Shown here: positions 23,813 to 36,764 of the stretch, piece by piece | Layout of the letters: each line of letters begins with the position of its first letter | How positions within the stretch are numbered: the first letter of the stretch is position 1 | NCBI RefSeq assembly: GCF_000281045.1 | Contig: NW_008246115.1 | Coordinates: forward strand, 317,438-367,465 | Reading direction: 5' to 3' | Source: Saprolegnia diclina VS20 | Lineage: Eukaryota | DNA length: 50,028 bases | Made by a program: the position numbers and the translations under genes | The notes under the pieces: generated by a model | Seen by the model: the letters and a program-made list of their open reading frames with translations, nothing else | What the model was told of the DNA's origin: nothing | Databases searched by the model: none

Positions 23813-24905
23813 CTGTACAAGCTGTGCAGCAATTTCTTTGTCGGCTACATTCTGCAACTGTACGACCCTACCCCTACACGGTCTCGCTATAGAAACGGTT
23901 TAGCACCTGCCTCGGGTCGCTCACGCAGCTGCTTCGTATCGGCGAAAAATTGTTTTATCAGCCATGGTAGTCCATTTTTACTCGTTTTACAGTCCCAAAG
24001 TCGACTTGAACGATTAGGGTTATTTCCCGAGCGGTCACCACGGATGAGGTCCACGCCGCGCGCGAGCCATGGCCTTTTTACTTTGGCTACGACTATGCCG
24101 TTCTACTGAGGTACTACATTCCTGCTAACATGTACATATTGTCATGTACCTAGCGTCTTTACGATTGGGCTCCTGGGCTCGGTGCTGTCGCCGTACCTCG
24201 TGCCATGCGCGGCCGTCTTCTTCTTTGCCAAGTACTATGTCTCCAAGTACAATTTTGTATACGTGCATCCCACGACGCCGGGCCGCGGCAACGTTGCTCG
24301 CGCTGCGTACTCGCTCGCCCTCGTCTGCCTCCTCCTCTTTGAAGTAGATGATTTCACGGTGCATGATGGAGCCGCTCATGGTTTTCGTTAGCTGGCGATG
24401 ACGAGCATTCTGTCGCAAGTCGGCAACGCCAACCAATGGCTGGCACTCGTGCTGTTGACGTGCGCCACACTCGGTGTCTTTGTCTACTGGTGCGAAACTG
24501 GACCAATCTTGTCCATATTGTGCACACGCAACTAGGCGCGTCGTGGTGTACCGCGCCCTCGAGACAGAGACGAGTCCGAGTCGAGTTGACGTGGAGGCGC
24601 CAACGACGCAGCTGCGGCGGCAGCAGTCGATGGAGCTCTCACGCGCGCTGTTTCACGCGCACAGCTTGAGCGAGATGGAAGCCCTCGTACACGCTCGCCC
24701 AACGCAAGCGTACATCAACCCGTACGACGTCGGCCTCCACATGCTCTCGGTGCTGCACCGGATCCAAGCACTGCGAACCGCCAAGCTGCGCGACGCCTTT
24801 AACCGGTTGAGGCAGCAGCCAGAGGGTTCGCCTTCGGTGGCAACGACGGCCGCGACAAATGATCTCTCCGAAAATCTACTGTCGTAAATACAAGCGCATC
24901 GTACT
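23813..24905 (+). repeat. Near-identical second copy of the OSCA 3' end (21228-22320); likely the alternate haplotype
   Basis: Constant offset of 2585 with no indels and about 11 substitutions in 1093 bp (counted by eye). Begins exactly at the gap edge. Confidence 0.93.
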
Positions 24906-25238
24906 TTTGGCGGTCGCCATGGCGAGCACCTCGTTCAGTACATACGTTGTTGGTGAGGTCGTAGACAAGCACTCTCGTCGCCACGCTCAGGTCGCACTTC
25001 ATTGAGCTTGTGCAGCGGCTCCATGCGCCCCACAATGGTCATGACCACACGCTTGCAGCTGCAAGCTGCGTTCGAGTCTACATAAGCAAGAAATGGAGCT
25101 TCGAGCCTCCACAACCCTAGCCCTTGCGAAAAGGACTCGACAATGCACAAAATTTGCATTTGTTTTACCGACTTCAAAGTCGTCAACACGTACTTTAGTA
25201 ACATGTGATGCACGTATCGCTCGCTCCCAAACGAAGCG

Positions 25239-26603
25239 CTACGGCGAATGGAGCCACGCACCGTCTTCTGTCTCCTCGAGGCGAATGCCGGCGTGTGTCA
25301 CCTGGAGGAGCAGTTCGCGGCTGCAGCGCACCTTGATCGAGACGTTGGTGCAGGTCGATAGGGCACAGGCGAGCGCTTGAATGCCTTGAAGACGGAAGGG
25401 ATTGAACGTGAGATCGACTTGAGCGCGGTGGCGGACATGCGTCTCACGCAGCCGACGGACCATTATCTGGACATCCAGCGTGATGAGACTGCACGACGTA
25501 AAGCTAATGAAGCGACCCCCCGCGTGGAGGCTCCGCCATAGCGCTTGCGCGGCGCAGATCGGGTGGTCTTGGAAGTAGGTGCAGAACGGGAACGAGATCG
25601 AGTCGAGATGCGCCGACCGAGTGACCCAGTCGAGCAAGTGCGAGAGGCTTCTTGGCGTAAAGAGTACCCGATCAAAGGTCAACGTTCGAATCGTTGGCTG
25701 CACCGAGACCGGCATCGCGCCCACGTCCAAGAGGTGGACTCGGGCAAGGAGAAGTTCTTGGAGCGCTTCAAGCTGCGGCAGCGCGGTCGCAAGCCCAGTG
25801 ACGGGACCCGGGTTATTCACCTTGATTGAGAGCGTAGTCATTGCAGGCAAACGGAGCAGAGGAAGGAGCAGGTCATGAGCGTGGGTGCCAACAATGTCAG
25901 ACACGAATAGCTCCGTGACGCCGCAAAAGCGCGCTCCATTGGCCATGAGCGTACCCACGAGGCCTTCGCAATGATGCAACGAAAGACGCGCGAGGTGCGG
26001 GGAGCTCGTCAGCGCTTGTGCCAAGTCGATGTTTGTCGCGTCTCGAAGCATCTGGAGGGACAAGTGCCCGTTGCCAGCGGACGCAAGCCAGTGCGTTATG
26101 TGGTCGACGCCTTGCAGTGGGTGCCCTCTCAACGGCGGGCAGAGGCTGAGCGCACGAACTTGGCTGGCCGAGAGCGCAGCTTCAAGCAGCGCCGGTTGAA
26201 GCGGCAGGGATGCATGCTCGAGGCCCGAGCAAAGGCGCAGCAGGCAGCCCACGCGCCGTCCATGGCTGTCGCTAAGTCTCTCGTCCACGGTGATACTGGT
26301 CATCGAGGCAGCCCCGAGAGCGACAAATGCACACAGGCGCAAGCGTCTGTCGGCGCGTTGGACGAGCCAAACTACGCCTGTCGCCTCGGCCACGCGATCG
26401 ATCTCGGCGACTGTCGCGACGTTGGGGGACAGGTGCCGGGTAAAGCTCGCCATGTAGGCATCGAGGATAGTGGCCGGTGGCGGCGGCGTCATGTTTGGCG
26501 GAATGACGACCGGCGACACAGCGTGAAGGAGAGCCACGACGTCATTGGGTGAGCGTGCGAACTGCGCTATAGCAGCGACGAGGTCCGGGATGTGGCTAGT
26601 CAT
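25239..26603 (-). CDS. RNI-like/LRR hypothetical protein (intronless, 454 aa)
   Basis: 454-aa ORF with degenerate LxxLxL repeats (HLARLSLHHC, QLEALQELLL, VDLTFNPF) and an F-box-like-looking N-terminus (IPDLVAAIAQF). Confidence 0.65.
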   Translation of the reverse strand: MTSHIPDLVAAIAQFARSPNDVVALLHAVSPVVIPPNMTPPPPATILDAYMASFTRHLSPNVATVAEIDRVAEATGVVWLVQRADRRLRLCAFVALGAASMTSITVDERLSDSHGRRVGCLLRLCSGLEHASLPLQPALLEAALSASQVRALSLCPPLRGHPLQGVDHITHWLASAGNGHLSLQMLRDATNIDLAQALTSSPHLARLSLHHCEGLVGTLMANGARFCGVTELFVSDIVGTHAHDLLLPLLRLPAMTTLSIKVNNPGPVTGLATALPQLEALQELLLARVHLLDVGAMPVSVQPTIRTLTFDRVLFTPRSLSHLLDWVTRSAHLDSISFPFCTYFQDHPICAAQALWRSLHAGGRFISFTSCSLITLDVQIMVRRLRETHVRHRAQVDLTFNPFRLQGIQALACALSTCTNVSIKVRCSRELLLQVTHAGIRLEETEDGAWLHSP

Positions 26604-27146
26604 TTCCCTTCTGACCTCGTTGACGTCACTGTCTTCGCCTACCGGTTACTCAAGCCGGATAATGGAAGAAAGATTTGACACGCTCCGCATGCACGAGAGG
26701 AGCTACTCTGACTCGAGTCGACGGGTCAAGCGCTGTGCGGGTCATCGCATGCTGTCGACTGCGTGGCAGCTGGGATGGTAGAGTATCAATTCTCGCGCCA
26801 GGGAAACTCGGTACCTTGATACTCTTTTGAAAGAATCCTGTGACACTTGATATTGATGCACGAATGATACCCTTTCAGAAATGATATTGAATTTGCACTT
26901 TGCCGTTGCCTTCGCAATAGTAGCCCCTCGGATCTTCAGAGGACCTTGCCATCGCATGTTGACGCGCATGGGCATGGTGAGGCTCCAAGACGCGCTCGGT
27001 CATCGAACCAAAGCCCGCTTTCATTCAAGGGTGAGCGACAGCCCTAAACATGTACCAACGTTAGTAGTGTTCATGGCTAAACTTAGCGCGGATGCGTGGT
27101 TCTGACAGTATATAGTTCGTATATTTGGCGCGCACCGGTTTCAAGC

Positions 27147-30100
27147 ATGCTGCCCCGGCTACCGCAGCACGAGCCGACAAGCGTCGTGGCGGCGGCGAAG
27201 GGCTTTAAGCCTTCGCCACGCGGGACCCCACGCCGACGCGACCCGTCCCCGCGCCGGCCCGACCCGCGCCTCGAAGAGCCCGACGAATCGCACATGAGTT
27301 ACATTCCGCGCGAGTACTATGTCATTGAGACCCACGCCGTGCCTACGTATAATCCGCAGCAGTTTGCGTCGTCGTTCAAAGTCGGGGCGAACGGCCACGG
27401 CCTCTGGGAAACCGTCGTGTTTCCTTCGCTCGAGCCCCACACGCGCCAAGAGGTTCTCTACCTGCAGCAAACACTGTCGGCGATGCAAGCCAACGCCGCC
27501 GCCGAGCTGTCGTCATCGTCGTCGGTACCGAACCGGGTCGCGGCCGAGTGGCACATTTACGCCATCGTCTTCCACGAGCTCCTTCGCCAAATGCGCTTTA
27601 TCTGCAAAGAGCAAGCCACGCTCGTCACATACCTCGTCTCGCAAATGCAGTCGCTTTTCGTGCGCCTCCACGACCACGTCAAGATCCTCGAGGCGGCGTC
27701 GCTCTTGACGCCGCCGTCGACAACCACCATTTTGGTGACACCGCCCATGACACCGGCGCCGCCGCGCACCCCCAAGCCGCCCGTGCGTCGCGCTACCAAA
27801 GACCGTCGACGGCCACCGCCCGTGCCTGAGCAAGCCAGGTCGGTGCCTTTTGTATCAATCCTTCAATACTTCAATATGGCAACTATCGCATCTAGTTCCT
27901 GCCCGGATGTCAACTCGGACGGCGACTCGGACGACTCGGACGCAGAAGGGTTTGTGTGCTCGTTTTGCCACGAATACTCCAAAGACCCGGCGCGGGAAAC
28001 GACGCGCCGGAGCACGCTCCTCAGTAGCATCACGATGCGTCATCTCGGCTCGTCGATCGAGCGCGACAACCGCAAGCTCCAAGCAATTCTCAAACTCCAA
28101 GCTGTTTTTCGCGGGTATCGCATTCGCCGCGAGAAGCGCATCGCCGACCGCGTCCGGCGCCGACACCAAGCCGCGAAGACGATCCAACGAGCGTTCCAGA
28201 GCTACGGGCAGCGGAAACAAGCGACGGCAAAAAAGAAGGCCCAAGATACGTGGCGAAAGCACCTGACAATGATCGTAGCCGTGCGGCAGCTCCAGAAACG
28301 CGTGCGCAAATTTCTTCAAGTGGGACGCGAATACCGCGAAGGGCAGCTGAGTTTAGTCGCAAACCGCTTCAAGCTCGCGGACCGGGACCTCGGCAAGGTG
28401 CTCAACGAGAAATGCACGCAGCTGGAGGCCGTCGCGAGTCGGCTCCAAGGCTTTCAGGTTCAGATTCAGCACATTGTGTCGTTGATCGTACCCGATGCAC
28501 CCGCAGCGTCGTCGCTAGTGGTCGCCGATGTCGACCCCATCGTTCGCTGCGGCGACGTGCACTTGGCGCTTGTCGAGCTCCACCACCACGTGAGCGAGCT
28601 TCACGTGCGCGAACAGCGCGCCCAGCGCGAATGGGAGGCGACGCTCTTCCAGTTGCGCGAGGCCCAGCGGGCGTGGGACGAGGCCAAGCGCGCGAACGTC
28701 GGGTTCGGCAAGGACGACGACGACGAAGATACGATCGATGGCTGGGTCATCGGCGCACCGCGCACGAGCTCGTCGCTCGCTCGTCCGTCGTCGGTCGTCG
28801 GAAGTGCGGCGCCAGACGCGCCCGAGCCCGAGCACCACAGTGGCAACAGTCTCGCGCAAGAGCTCTTCGCAACAATGAAGCCGCTGCGGTATGGCAAGAA
28901 GTGGCTGGCGCAAACCCATCTCAAGCGCGGACCGACCGCCGAGTCGCCTGTCGCAACGACCGAGAAGAGCGCGCTTCTGGACGAGGCGGTCACGGAGCGC
29001 AGTGCGTCGATCGCGTCGGTGCCGCGCTCATTGACGACCGAAGGCCATCGCGGTGCCGTGCTTATGCACCGCTTCCGGTCCACGCAGAGTCTCGACCGCC
29101 CACGACGGCCCCTCGGCTGGGTCAAGCAGCTGCTCGTCCACATTTACGAGACGATTGCGCTCGCACTGCGCGAAGAGCGGCAGACGTGGCCGCCAGAGGT
29201 CGCCGCCGCGCTCGCCCATCAATTCGACTTGTCGCTGACGCTACCCGAGGCGCAGGCCATTGCGTCGGCCGTGCGCTACCTCAGCAGCGCCAAGGCCGCC
29301 ACAAGCTTGCCGGACATCATTTGTCAGCACTTTCAAGCCCAGTTCGGGCTACCGCAGCTCGTGGACCAAGCCATCTACGACCTCGCCACGCACATCCACG
29401 AGTACGCCCAGCGCGACCTCGACGTGCACCTGTTTCAGCACTTTTTGAACGGCACGCGGTCCCGTGCCAACCTCGCGTTCTTCTCGTACGTTCGCCAGCT
29501 CTGCGCCGCGCTCAGCCGCGACGATGCTTCGTCGAGCCCGCTCCTGCCGTACTTGGACGCGCATTCGAGCCGCGAGGTACGTCGGCACCCTACCCCTACC
29601 ATGGTGCAAACTCGAAATTCGTAGCTCATTGATGTCGCGCATGCACTCAAGGTAGCGCAGATCTTATTGCGCGTTCGGGACGAGAGTGCCCTCTTGGAAG
29701 CCGACCCGCTCGTGGACCTCAACGGGCGAACGCCGTCGGCGCTCTTTGAGCAGTGCCGGGCAGCGATCGAAGCCAAGGCGCACCAAGTCGAGAAGGAAGA
29801 CGACGAAGACGACGACACCACCAACGACGAGATGATGGAAAAGCCACGGCACGCGTTCAATGCCCTCTTGCAGCCGCTCAAGTTTCACTCGCACCTCCCG
29901 GCGAGTCGGAGTCCGGTGCGGAGCCGCGTGCAGACGCATCTACCGTCGTCGTCGTCGCCGGTGTTGTACTTTGCAGACTTTTTCGATATTTTGTGCAAAT
30001 TCCACGCCGAAGTGCACGTGCACGCGACGCAGCGCGAGTGGCTGCAGCAGACCTTTGACACGATCGACGGCGACCACGACGGCAGCATTCACATCGAGGC

Positions 30101-30707
30101 GTTTGTGAGTCACCTCTCGGCGCTGCCCAAAGCGCCGACGCCCCGTGAGCTCCACCAGATTTACCGCCACGCACTGCAAGTGCCATTGGACCGCACCAAA
30201 GTGCCGACGGCGCGGGTCGGCCCGATGGGGTTTCGCACTTTCTTTGGTATCGTGCAGCGGCTGCTCGTCACCAAGCAGCTGCGCCCGTCGACGCTTCATG
30301 GCGGTATCAATGACGTCGACGACGACGATCCGACGATCGCCCACGACAAGATGAAGCTGCAGACGATCATGCACCGCCTCACGCTCGACTGGCTCGAGAA
30401 GGAGCCGGTCGTCGAAGCCGCGCTGGCCCACGATGCGGGCCGGCATTTGGGCCCACGCCTGCGACAGCTGTGCGTCGAGCTCACGCAGGCGCTGTGCCTC
30501 AAGCCCTCGACCGACGCCATCGAGACGCGCCTCGAGCAAATGCACACGGCGTGGGAGCGCTATTGCGCGATTGTGTGCGTCGTCATGGTCCTCGAGATCA
30601 AGCGCGCGGGCGGCGTCGGCGTCGTGGAAGCGCAGCTTAGCGACGTCGATAGGGTCTGGAATGTCTGCTTTGGCAAGCCGTCCACAGACCCGTTGCAGCC
30701 CGTCTAA
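27147..30707 (+). CDS. Large protein with an axonemal-dynein-light-chain-like N-domain, IQ motifs, coiled coil and EF-hand (2 exons)
   Basis: TRQEVLYLQQTL..IYAIVFHELLRQMRFICKEQATL; IQ motifs LQAVFRGYRIR, IQRAFQSY and LQKRVRKF; intron 29577-29624 in frame; EF loop DGDHDGSIHIEAF. Confidence 0.75.
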
Positions 30708-31186
30708 GACACTAGAAATCGTCATGGCTAGTCGACGTTGTCTCGGCGTTGAAGTTGGAAGACACGCGCACGAGGTGGGCCGCTGCATCAGATGGGGCGA
30801 ATCTCGTCGTATCTTGGTCGTTGTCGGGGCACGGTGCCAAGCTACTCGGTGCGCCGATCGGGTCCGTGCTCTAGCCGTCCTCGCATCCACGACAAAACTG
30901 TACATCGACTAGAATTGGCTTACCAACTAACTAATGAACGTCGGGATACGTCTCTCGGTTGTCGATGAAACGAGGCAGTTGCGATCTTCGTCGGTCGCAA
31001 ATTTTGCGCGCTGTTAGTGACACGCCATGTTTATTTCCCGGTCACCCCACGCTTGTGATTGGTTGAAAGGAACGTTCCTGATACCATTTTGGCCAATGGC
31101 ATCGCCGAACGCTTCAACCAGCCCATCTATTTCCTGTTCGACGCCATCCTCCATCACCCGGCGGAGCGGGCCGACGCCATCCTCCC

Positions 31187-34107
31187 ATGCTGGATCTTCT
31201 CTCGCCCGTCAACAGCGCGGAAGGGCGACCGCTCCTCTTCCGCACCGCAAGGTACCTTCCAATGCGAATACGCTCTTATCTCATGGCCACACGTAGCTTT
31301 GGCGATATCTCGGGCAACACAACCGGCTCGGCGAGCACGCCGTCCGTGGACGCGCCATTTAGCAGCTCGCGGGGCCTGCGCGAGCACCTGCGCCGTAACT
31401 CGGAGAGCAGCTTGAGCTACGGCGAGTCGCCGCGCGACCTTTTTACCGAGCCGGGTCGCGTGCACCAGCTACGAAAGGCGCGGTGCGCGCTCGTGTTTGC
31501 ACTCTCGCTCTCGGCGGTGGGCGTCGTATGGATGCTCACCATGCTCTTTGTACTCACGGACTTGGACACGGACGAGTACATCTTCTCGGGCGCAGTTGTC
31601 TCGTTCCTCTTTTGCTCGGCGATTCTGTGGAGTTACTCGGGCTGCCACCGGCTGCAGAAGTACCCCAACCAGCTGATTGTCCACAAGTCGTACGTCGTTG
31701 CCGCGTATGTATATGTACAAGTACCTTTGTGTAGCGCGCTCGACTGGCTCCTCGCGCTCGCCTACATGCTGCAGTACCTCGTGACGCTGCCGATGCTGGC
31801 TCAAACCGTGCATTTGCCCGCCGCAACGCCCGCGATGACCCAAGGTGTGTGCACACTATTGTCCTAGCTCTGTGGACAAGAAGCGTCTGCGACTAGCCTT
31901 GCTGCTCGCAGCGGAATTCTGGTCGTGCGCCATGAGCTTGGACTTGTACCAGTCGATTTCCAACCCATTTACCTCGTTTTCGTACAACTTGAACGTGTAC
32001 CGGGTCACGTCGTGTGTGCTTGGCGCGATCTCGGGGCTAGTCTTTTACGAGCTCGAAGTCGTGCCGGGGCACTGCGCGCTCAACCGGGGCACACGCTACT
32101 ACTGGTATCACCACGGCGACCCGTCGCTCTCGCTGCGCGACTTTGTTTTGAAAGAGTGGACGTACTACTACCTCTGGGTCGTCCTCTTCATGCTCATCTC
32201 GCTCGGCACGTTGCTCTACGTCAACCAGTAGTCTCTCTTCAGTAGGACGTGACTTGACACTGGCGACGTAGGCGGCTACGGCGCGGCCTGGAAGAAACCT
32301 TCGAGACGCGCAAGAAGGTGCTCGTGCATGGCCTCATCGCGAGCGGCACGTACGTCTCGTGGTCGACGTGGGTCATCTTCCTCTTCTCGATCGGGTCGCT
32401 CGTGCTCCCACTGCACTCGTACCCTTCCACCACGATTGACAATGGCATGACAGTCGTCGTATGTAGGCTCCTTGCAGCCAAGCACCTCGCCGGCATCTTG
32501 AACCTCAGCGCCTTTACGCACGGCGCCCGCGGCTGCGTCAACGTGCTCGTCTGGGCGTGCACCAATGCGTCGGACGTGTGGAACGTGCTCTTCTTTGCGC
32601 GTCGGGCGCGGTCGCTCTCGGACGACTGGCTGCTCGAGAACCCGGATGAGAGCCTCAAGCCGCAGCTCAACCTCGCGCTGCGCAAGCAAGTGATCCAAAT
32701 GGCGACGCGCGGGATCGTCGACGCGATCGAGCACTACCAGCTTTTGCACCAGAGCATTCGAACAACGCAGTCGTTCCACCTCGACTGGGACCTCCGGCAG
32801 CGCGCCAAGTCGTCCATGTCGGCCTCGCTCTCATCGGCGCGCCGGGTGGGCATCGAAGAGATGCAATTCTATGACTTTCAGCCGCGGATCTTTGCGACGA
32901 TTCGGTCGCTCATGGGGCTCAATGAAGACGAGTACCTCCGGAGCTTCCGACACACGGCCAACGAGCGGCTCTCAGAAGGCCGGAGCGGCGCATTTGTCTT
33001 CAACACGATCAACCGCAAGTACTTGGTGAAATCGATGACGGAAGACGAGCGCGATTTCCTCATCTCGATCTTACCAGCGTACCTCCAGTACCTCAAGTGG
33101 AACCCGTCGACGCTCCTTCCTCGGTTCTACGGCCTTCATGCGATGAAGATGTACGGCAAGACGTTCTTCTTTGTCGTCATGGCCAACATCTTCCCGACGC
33201 GCGAGGTCATCCACCGCCGGTACGACGTCAAGGGCAGCTGGGTCGACCGCAACGCGCCGGTGTGCGTCCTGGGCGACAAGTACCAATGTGCCAACTGCAA
33301 CCGATATTTCGTGTTTGGCGATTTGGAAGAGTGCCCGAGCGTCGTCGGTGAGCACTACCCGGACATTACCTTGCGCGACAACGACCTCAAGAAGCGCATC
33401 AAGCTGCCACGAGGTAGCTTGAGTCGTCTGCAGGGCGGTCGTCTCATGGCCGTATGTAGAGGCTTCGCATGCGCTGCTCAAGCAAATTGCCCGGGACAGC
33501 GACTTTCTCTGCGGCATGGTATGACGTCGCTTTTGGTCGACGAGATGCAGGACAATTTTGCTGCGTGGTGTAGGGTATCATGGACTACTCGCTGCTCATT
33601 GGCATGCACTACAGTCAATTCCGCATCTCGCGCGCGGAGAAGAAGACGTCGACTTCGCTGCGCAAGGAGGTGCTGCAAAAGGACTTGGCCGAGCGCGTCG
33701 ACGCCATGAGCCCGAGCATGACCAACCCCGTGCTGCGAGTGAGCCACAACGCGTCACCAAAACTGTCGTGGCGGACGCGGCACGACTCGGCGTCGTCATC
33801 GTCGTACTCCAAGACACACGGCGACTCGATGGCTCTGGACGACGATGACGACGGCAACTGCGCAGGGCGGATCCATGCGCACTGCGTCTCGGGGCCGAGT
33901 GCCTACTACATTGGCATCATTGACGTGCTGCAGACGTGGACGTTTGAGAAGCAGATGGAGCGCCTCTACAAGGTCCATGTCCTTCGAAAGGACCCGCGGG
34001 GCATCTCGGCCGTGCACCCCAAGCAGTACGCCAAGCGCTTCCAGATGAAGATGTGCCAGCTCCTGTACCAACCCGGCGACGACGACAACCCGGCGTCGTC
34101 CTTGTGA
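31187..34107 (+). CDS. GPCR-PIPK: GPCR-like multi-TM domain fused to a phosphatidylinositol phosphate kinase
   Basis: N-terminal TM bundle, linker ATRGI, then PIPK motifs SEGRSGAF, LVKSM, LLPRFYG, YDVKGS, LRDNDL, MDYSLLIG, IGIIDVLQ and YAKRF. Several short introns. Confidence 0.9.
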
Positions 34108-34971
34108 TTCTTATTAACCTATATACGAGTGTACCTTTTGCATAGAGGAAGGACTCGAACCACGACAGGTCCCAAAGCTCAGACACATGCTCTTCTGGCC
34201 GAGGTGCGACCTACTACGTGTGGGCGTATGTGCTGCCGATGAGTCATGGCCACGTTGCACAAAGGTGGGGTACATTGGTATTTGAGACAGATGCACTCTG
34301 GTGGACCGTTGATACGTGCGCTACTCGCCATCCTCATCCTTGTCTCGTGCATTCGACATGCTTGGGTTTGGCGCACCATGCATTGTTGCCTTTGCTCGTG
34401 ACCATTGTGCTCGTGGCGACTACCTCCACCATGCTCTTGGCATCTCGTCATGGCTCGTTGGCCGAGGCATGGCAGGCCACTCAATGCGCAAGAAGCGTGT
34501 TTGCATCCTTCTGCAATGCGTTGAAGCTTCACGTGGCAGCTGCGCAATGGCTGTAGTACCTCTGTAGGAGCCTGGCGTGATGCCCGCCACACGTTCCTGC
34601 CGTACTACCCATGCGACGAGTCCTTGCAAGCAGACTGTCGTGCTGGATCCAAGCAAGACGTCATGGTGGGCCCGACAAGGGTAGGCTGGCGGCTTCTAGC
34701 ACCTATGCGTACGCTGTCTTCGCCCTCGTAAGTCCATTTGACATCGATGGAGCGACGGCGCCGATGCGTAGCGGCCATGCTGCGCGGCGACGACCGGCGG
34801 AGGAGCGAGCGGCGCTGGAAGCTTCGTTTTCCACCGAAATGACGCAATAAGATGTCGCGGGGTGTATCATGTATGGGAGGTTTGGAGAAAATGACTTGGC
34901 TTCAGTATGGAGGCGCATCGAGGGTTGCAAAAGGAGTTTGAGATTTCCAGTCAACCAGGCAGAGCAGCAGC

Positions 34972-36649
34972 ATGGACCTCGTGGTGGATGGTACGCGCAC
35001 GTCCGGCAAGGACGTCCGTGAGCAGAACGTGACCGCGGCCTTGGCCATCGCCAACATCGTCAAGTCGTCCTTGGGTCCCGTCGGCCTCGACAAGATGCTT
35101 GTAGGCCAAAGCCTCCTCCGCCACCGCTTTCTCATGGTGGATGTAGGTCGATGACATTGGCGACGTGACGATCACGAACGATGGTGCGACGATTCTCAAG
35201 CTCCTTGAAGTCGAACACCCGGCCGGGAAGGTCCTTGTCGAGCTTGCGGGTCTCCAGGACCAGGAAGTCGGCGATGGCACGACGTCGGTCGTCATTATCG
35301 CCGCCGAGCTCCTCAAGCGCGCGAACGAGCTTGTCCAGAACAAGATCCACCCGACGTCGATCATTTCAGGCTACCGCTTGGCGATGCGCGAGGCCGTCAA
35401 GTACATCAAGGAGAACCTGAGCGTGCCCGTCGACTCGATCGGCCGCGAGTCGCTCGTGAACGCGGCCAAAACCTCGATGAGCTCCAAGATCATTGGCCCC
35501 GAGAGCGAGTTCTTTGCCAACCTCGTCGTCGACGCCGTCACGTCGGTCAAGACGACCGAAGAGGGCGCGAAGGGCAAGATCGTGACCAAGTACCCGGTCA
35601 GCGCCATCAACGTGCTCAAGGCTCACGGCAAGAGCGCGCTCGAGTCGCAGCTGGTCGACGGCTTTGCGCTCAACTGCACGCGCGCGTCGCAGGCGATGCC
35701 CAACACGATCAAGGGCGCCAAGATTGCGCTCCTCGATTTCGACCTGCAGCGCCACAAGATGCAGATGGGCGTGCAGATGGTGGTGACGGACCCGAAGGAG
35801 GTCGACCAGATCCGCCAGCGCGAGTACGACATCACGAAGGAGCGCATCCAGAAGATCCTCGACGCCGGCGCCAACGTCATTCTGACGACCAAGGGCATTG
35901 ACGATCTCTGCATGAAGTACTTCGTCGAGGCCGGCTGCATGGGCGTGCGCCGCTGCAAGAAGGAAGACCTTCGCCGCATCGCCAAGGCCACGGGCGGCCA
36001 GGTGGTCCTCACGCTTGCCGACATGGAGGGCGAAGAGACGTACGATGCGTCGTGCCTCGGCCACGCCGCCGAAGTCTCGGAGGAGCGCGTCGGTGACGGT
36101 GAGCTCATCTACATCAAGGGCTGCGCCACGCGCCGTGCGACGACGGTCGTCCTGCGTGGCGCCAACGAGATGGCGCTCGATGAGATCGACCGGTCGCTCC
36201 ATGATTCGCTCATGGTCGTCAAGCGCATGCTCGAGTCCAACCAGCTCGTGGCCGGCGGCGGCGCCGTCGAGGCTGCGCTGAGCATCTACCTCGAGAACTT
36301 TGCGACGACGTTGGGCTCGCGCGAGCAGCTCGCGATTGCCGAGTTTGCCGACGCACTCCTCGTCATCCCCAAGACGCTGGCTGTGAACGCGGCCAAGGAC
36401 GCGTCCGAGCTCGTCGCGCGCCTCCGCGCCCACCACAACACGAGCCAGGTGGACCCGACGAAGAAGGCGCTGCGCTTCACGGGCCTCGACCTGCTGCAGG
36501 GCAAGGTCCGGGACAACCTCGAGGCCGGCGTCGTTGAGCCTGCGATCTCCAAGATCAAGAGCCTCCGGTTCGCGACCGAAGCCGCCATCACGATTTTGCG
36601 CATTGACGACATGATCCGACTGAACCCCAAGGACGACCAGGGCCAGTAA
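34972..36649 (+). CDS. TCP1: T-complex protein 1 subunit alpha (CCT1)
   Basis: KSSLGPVGLDKML, TNDGATIL, EVGDGTTSV, GGGAVEAAL and FATEAAITILRIDD. Intron 35101-35146. A short upstream exon cannot be excluded. Confidence 0.96.
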
Positions 36650-36764
36650 ATATATTACTGCCTCCGTTTTGTCCGACTAATAGCACACAATACAAGAATC
36701 AGATATGTAGTAGGTTTACGAATATTGTCTGTTTTTCGTTTACAAGTATCAACGTATCAAGATG

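Noticed and set aside
23813..24887. Second functional OSCA gene
   Set aside because: Only the 3' third is present, it starts at the gap and it is about 99% identical, so an alternate haplotype is more parsimonious.
27124..27133. E2F-like TTTGGCGC sites (also near 5949, 6117 and 10929)
   Set aside because: Short motif in GC-rich DNA, and the downstream genes are not evidently cell-cycle genes.
28250..29632. 460-aa alternative-frame ORF, and similar long overlapping ORFs such as 35366-36436 and 29940-30905
   Set aside because: Arg/Ala-rich shadow frames expected from GC-rich codon bias over real genes; no recognisable motifs.
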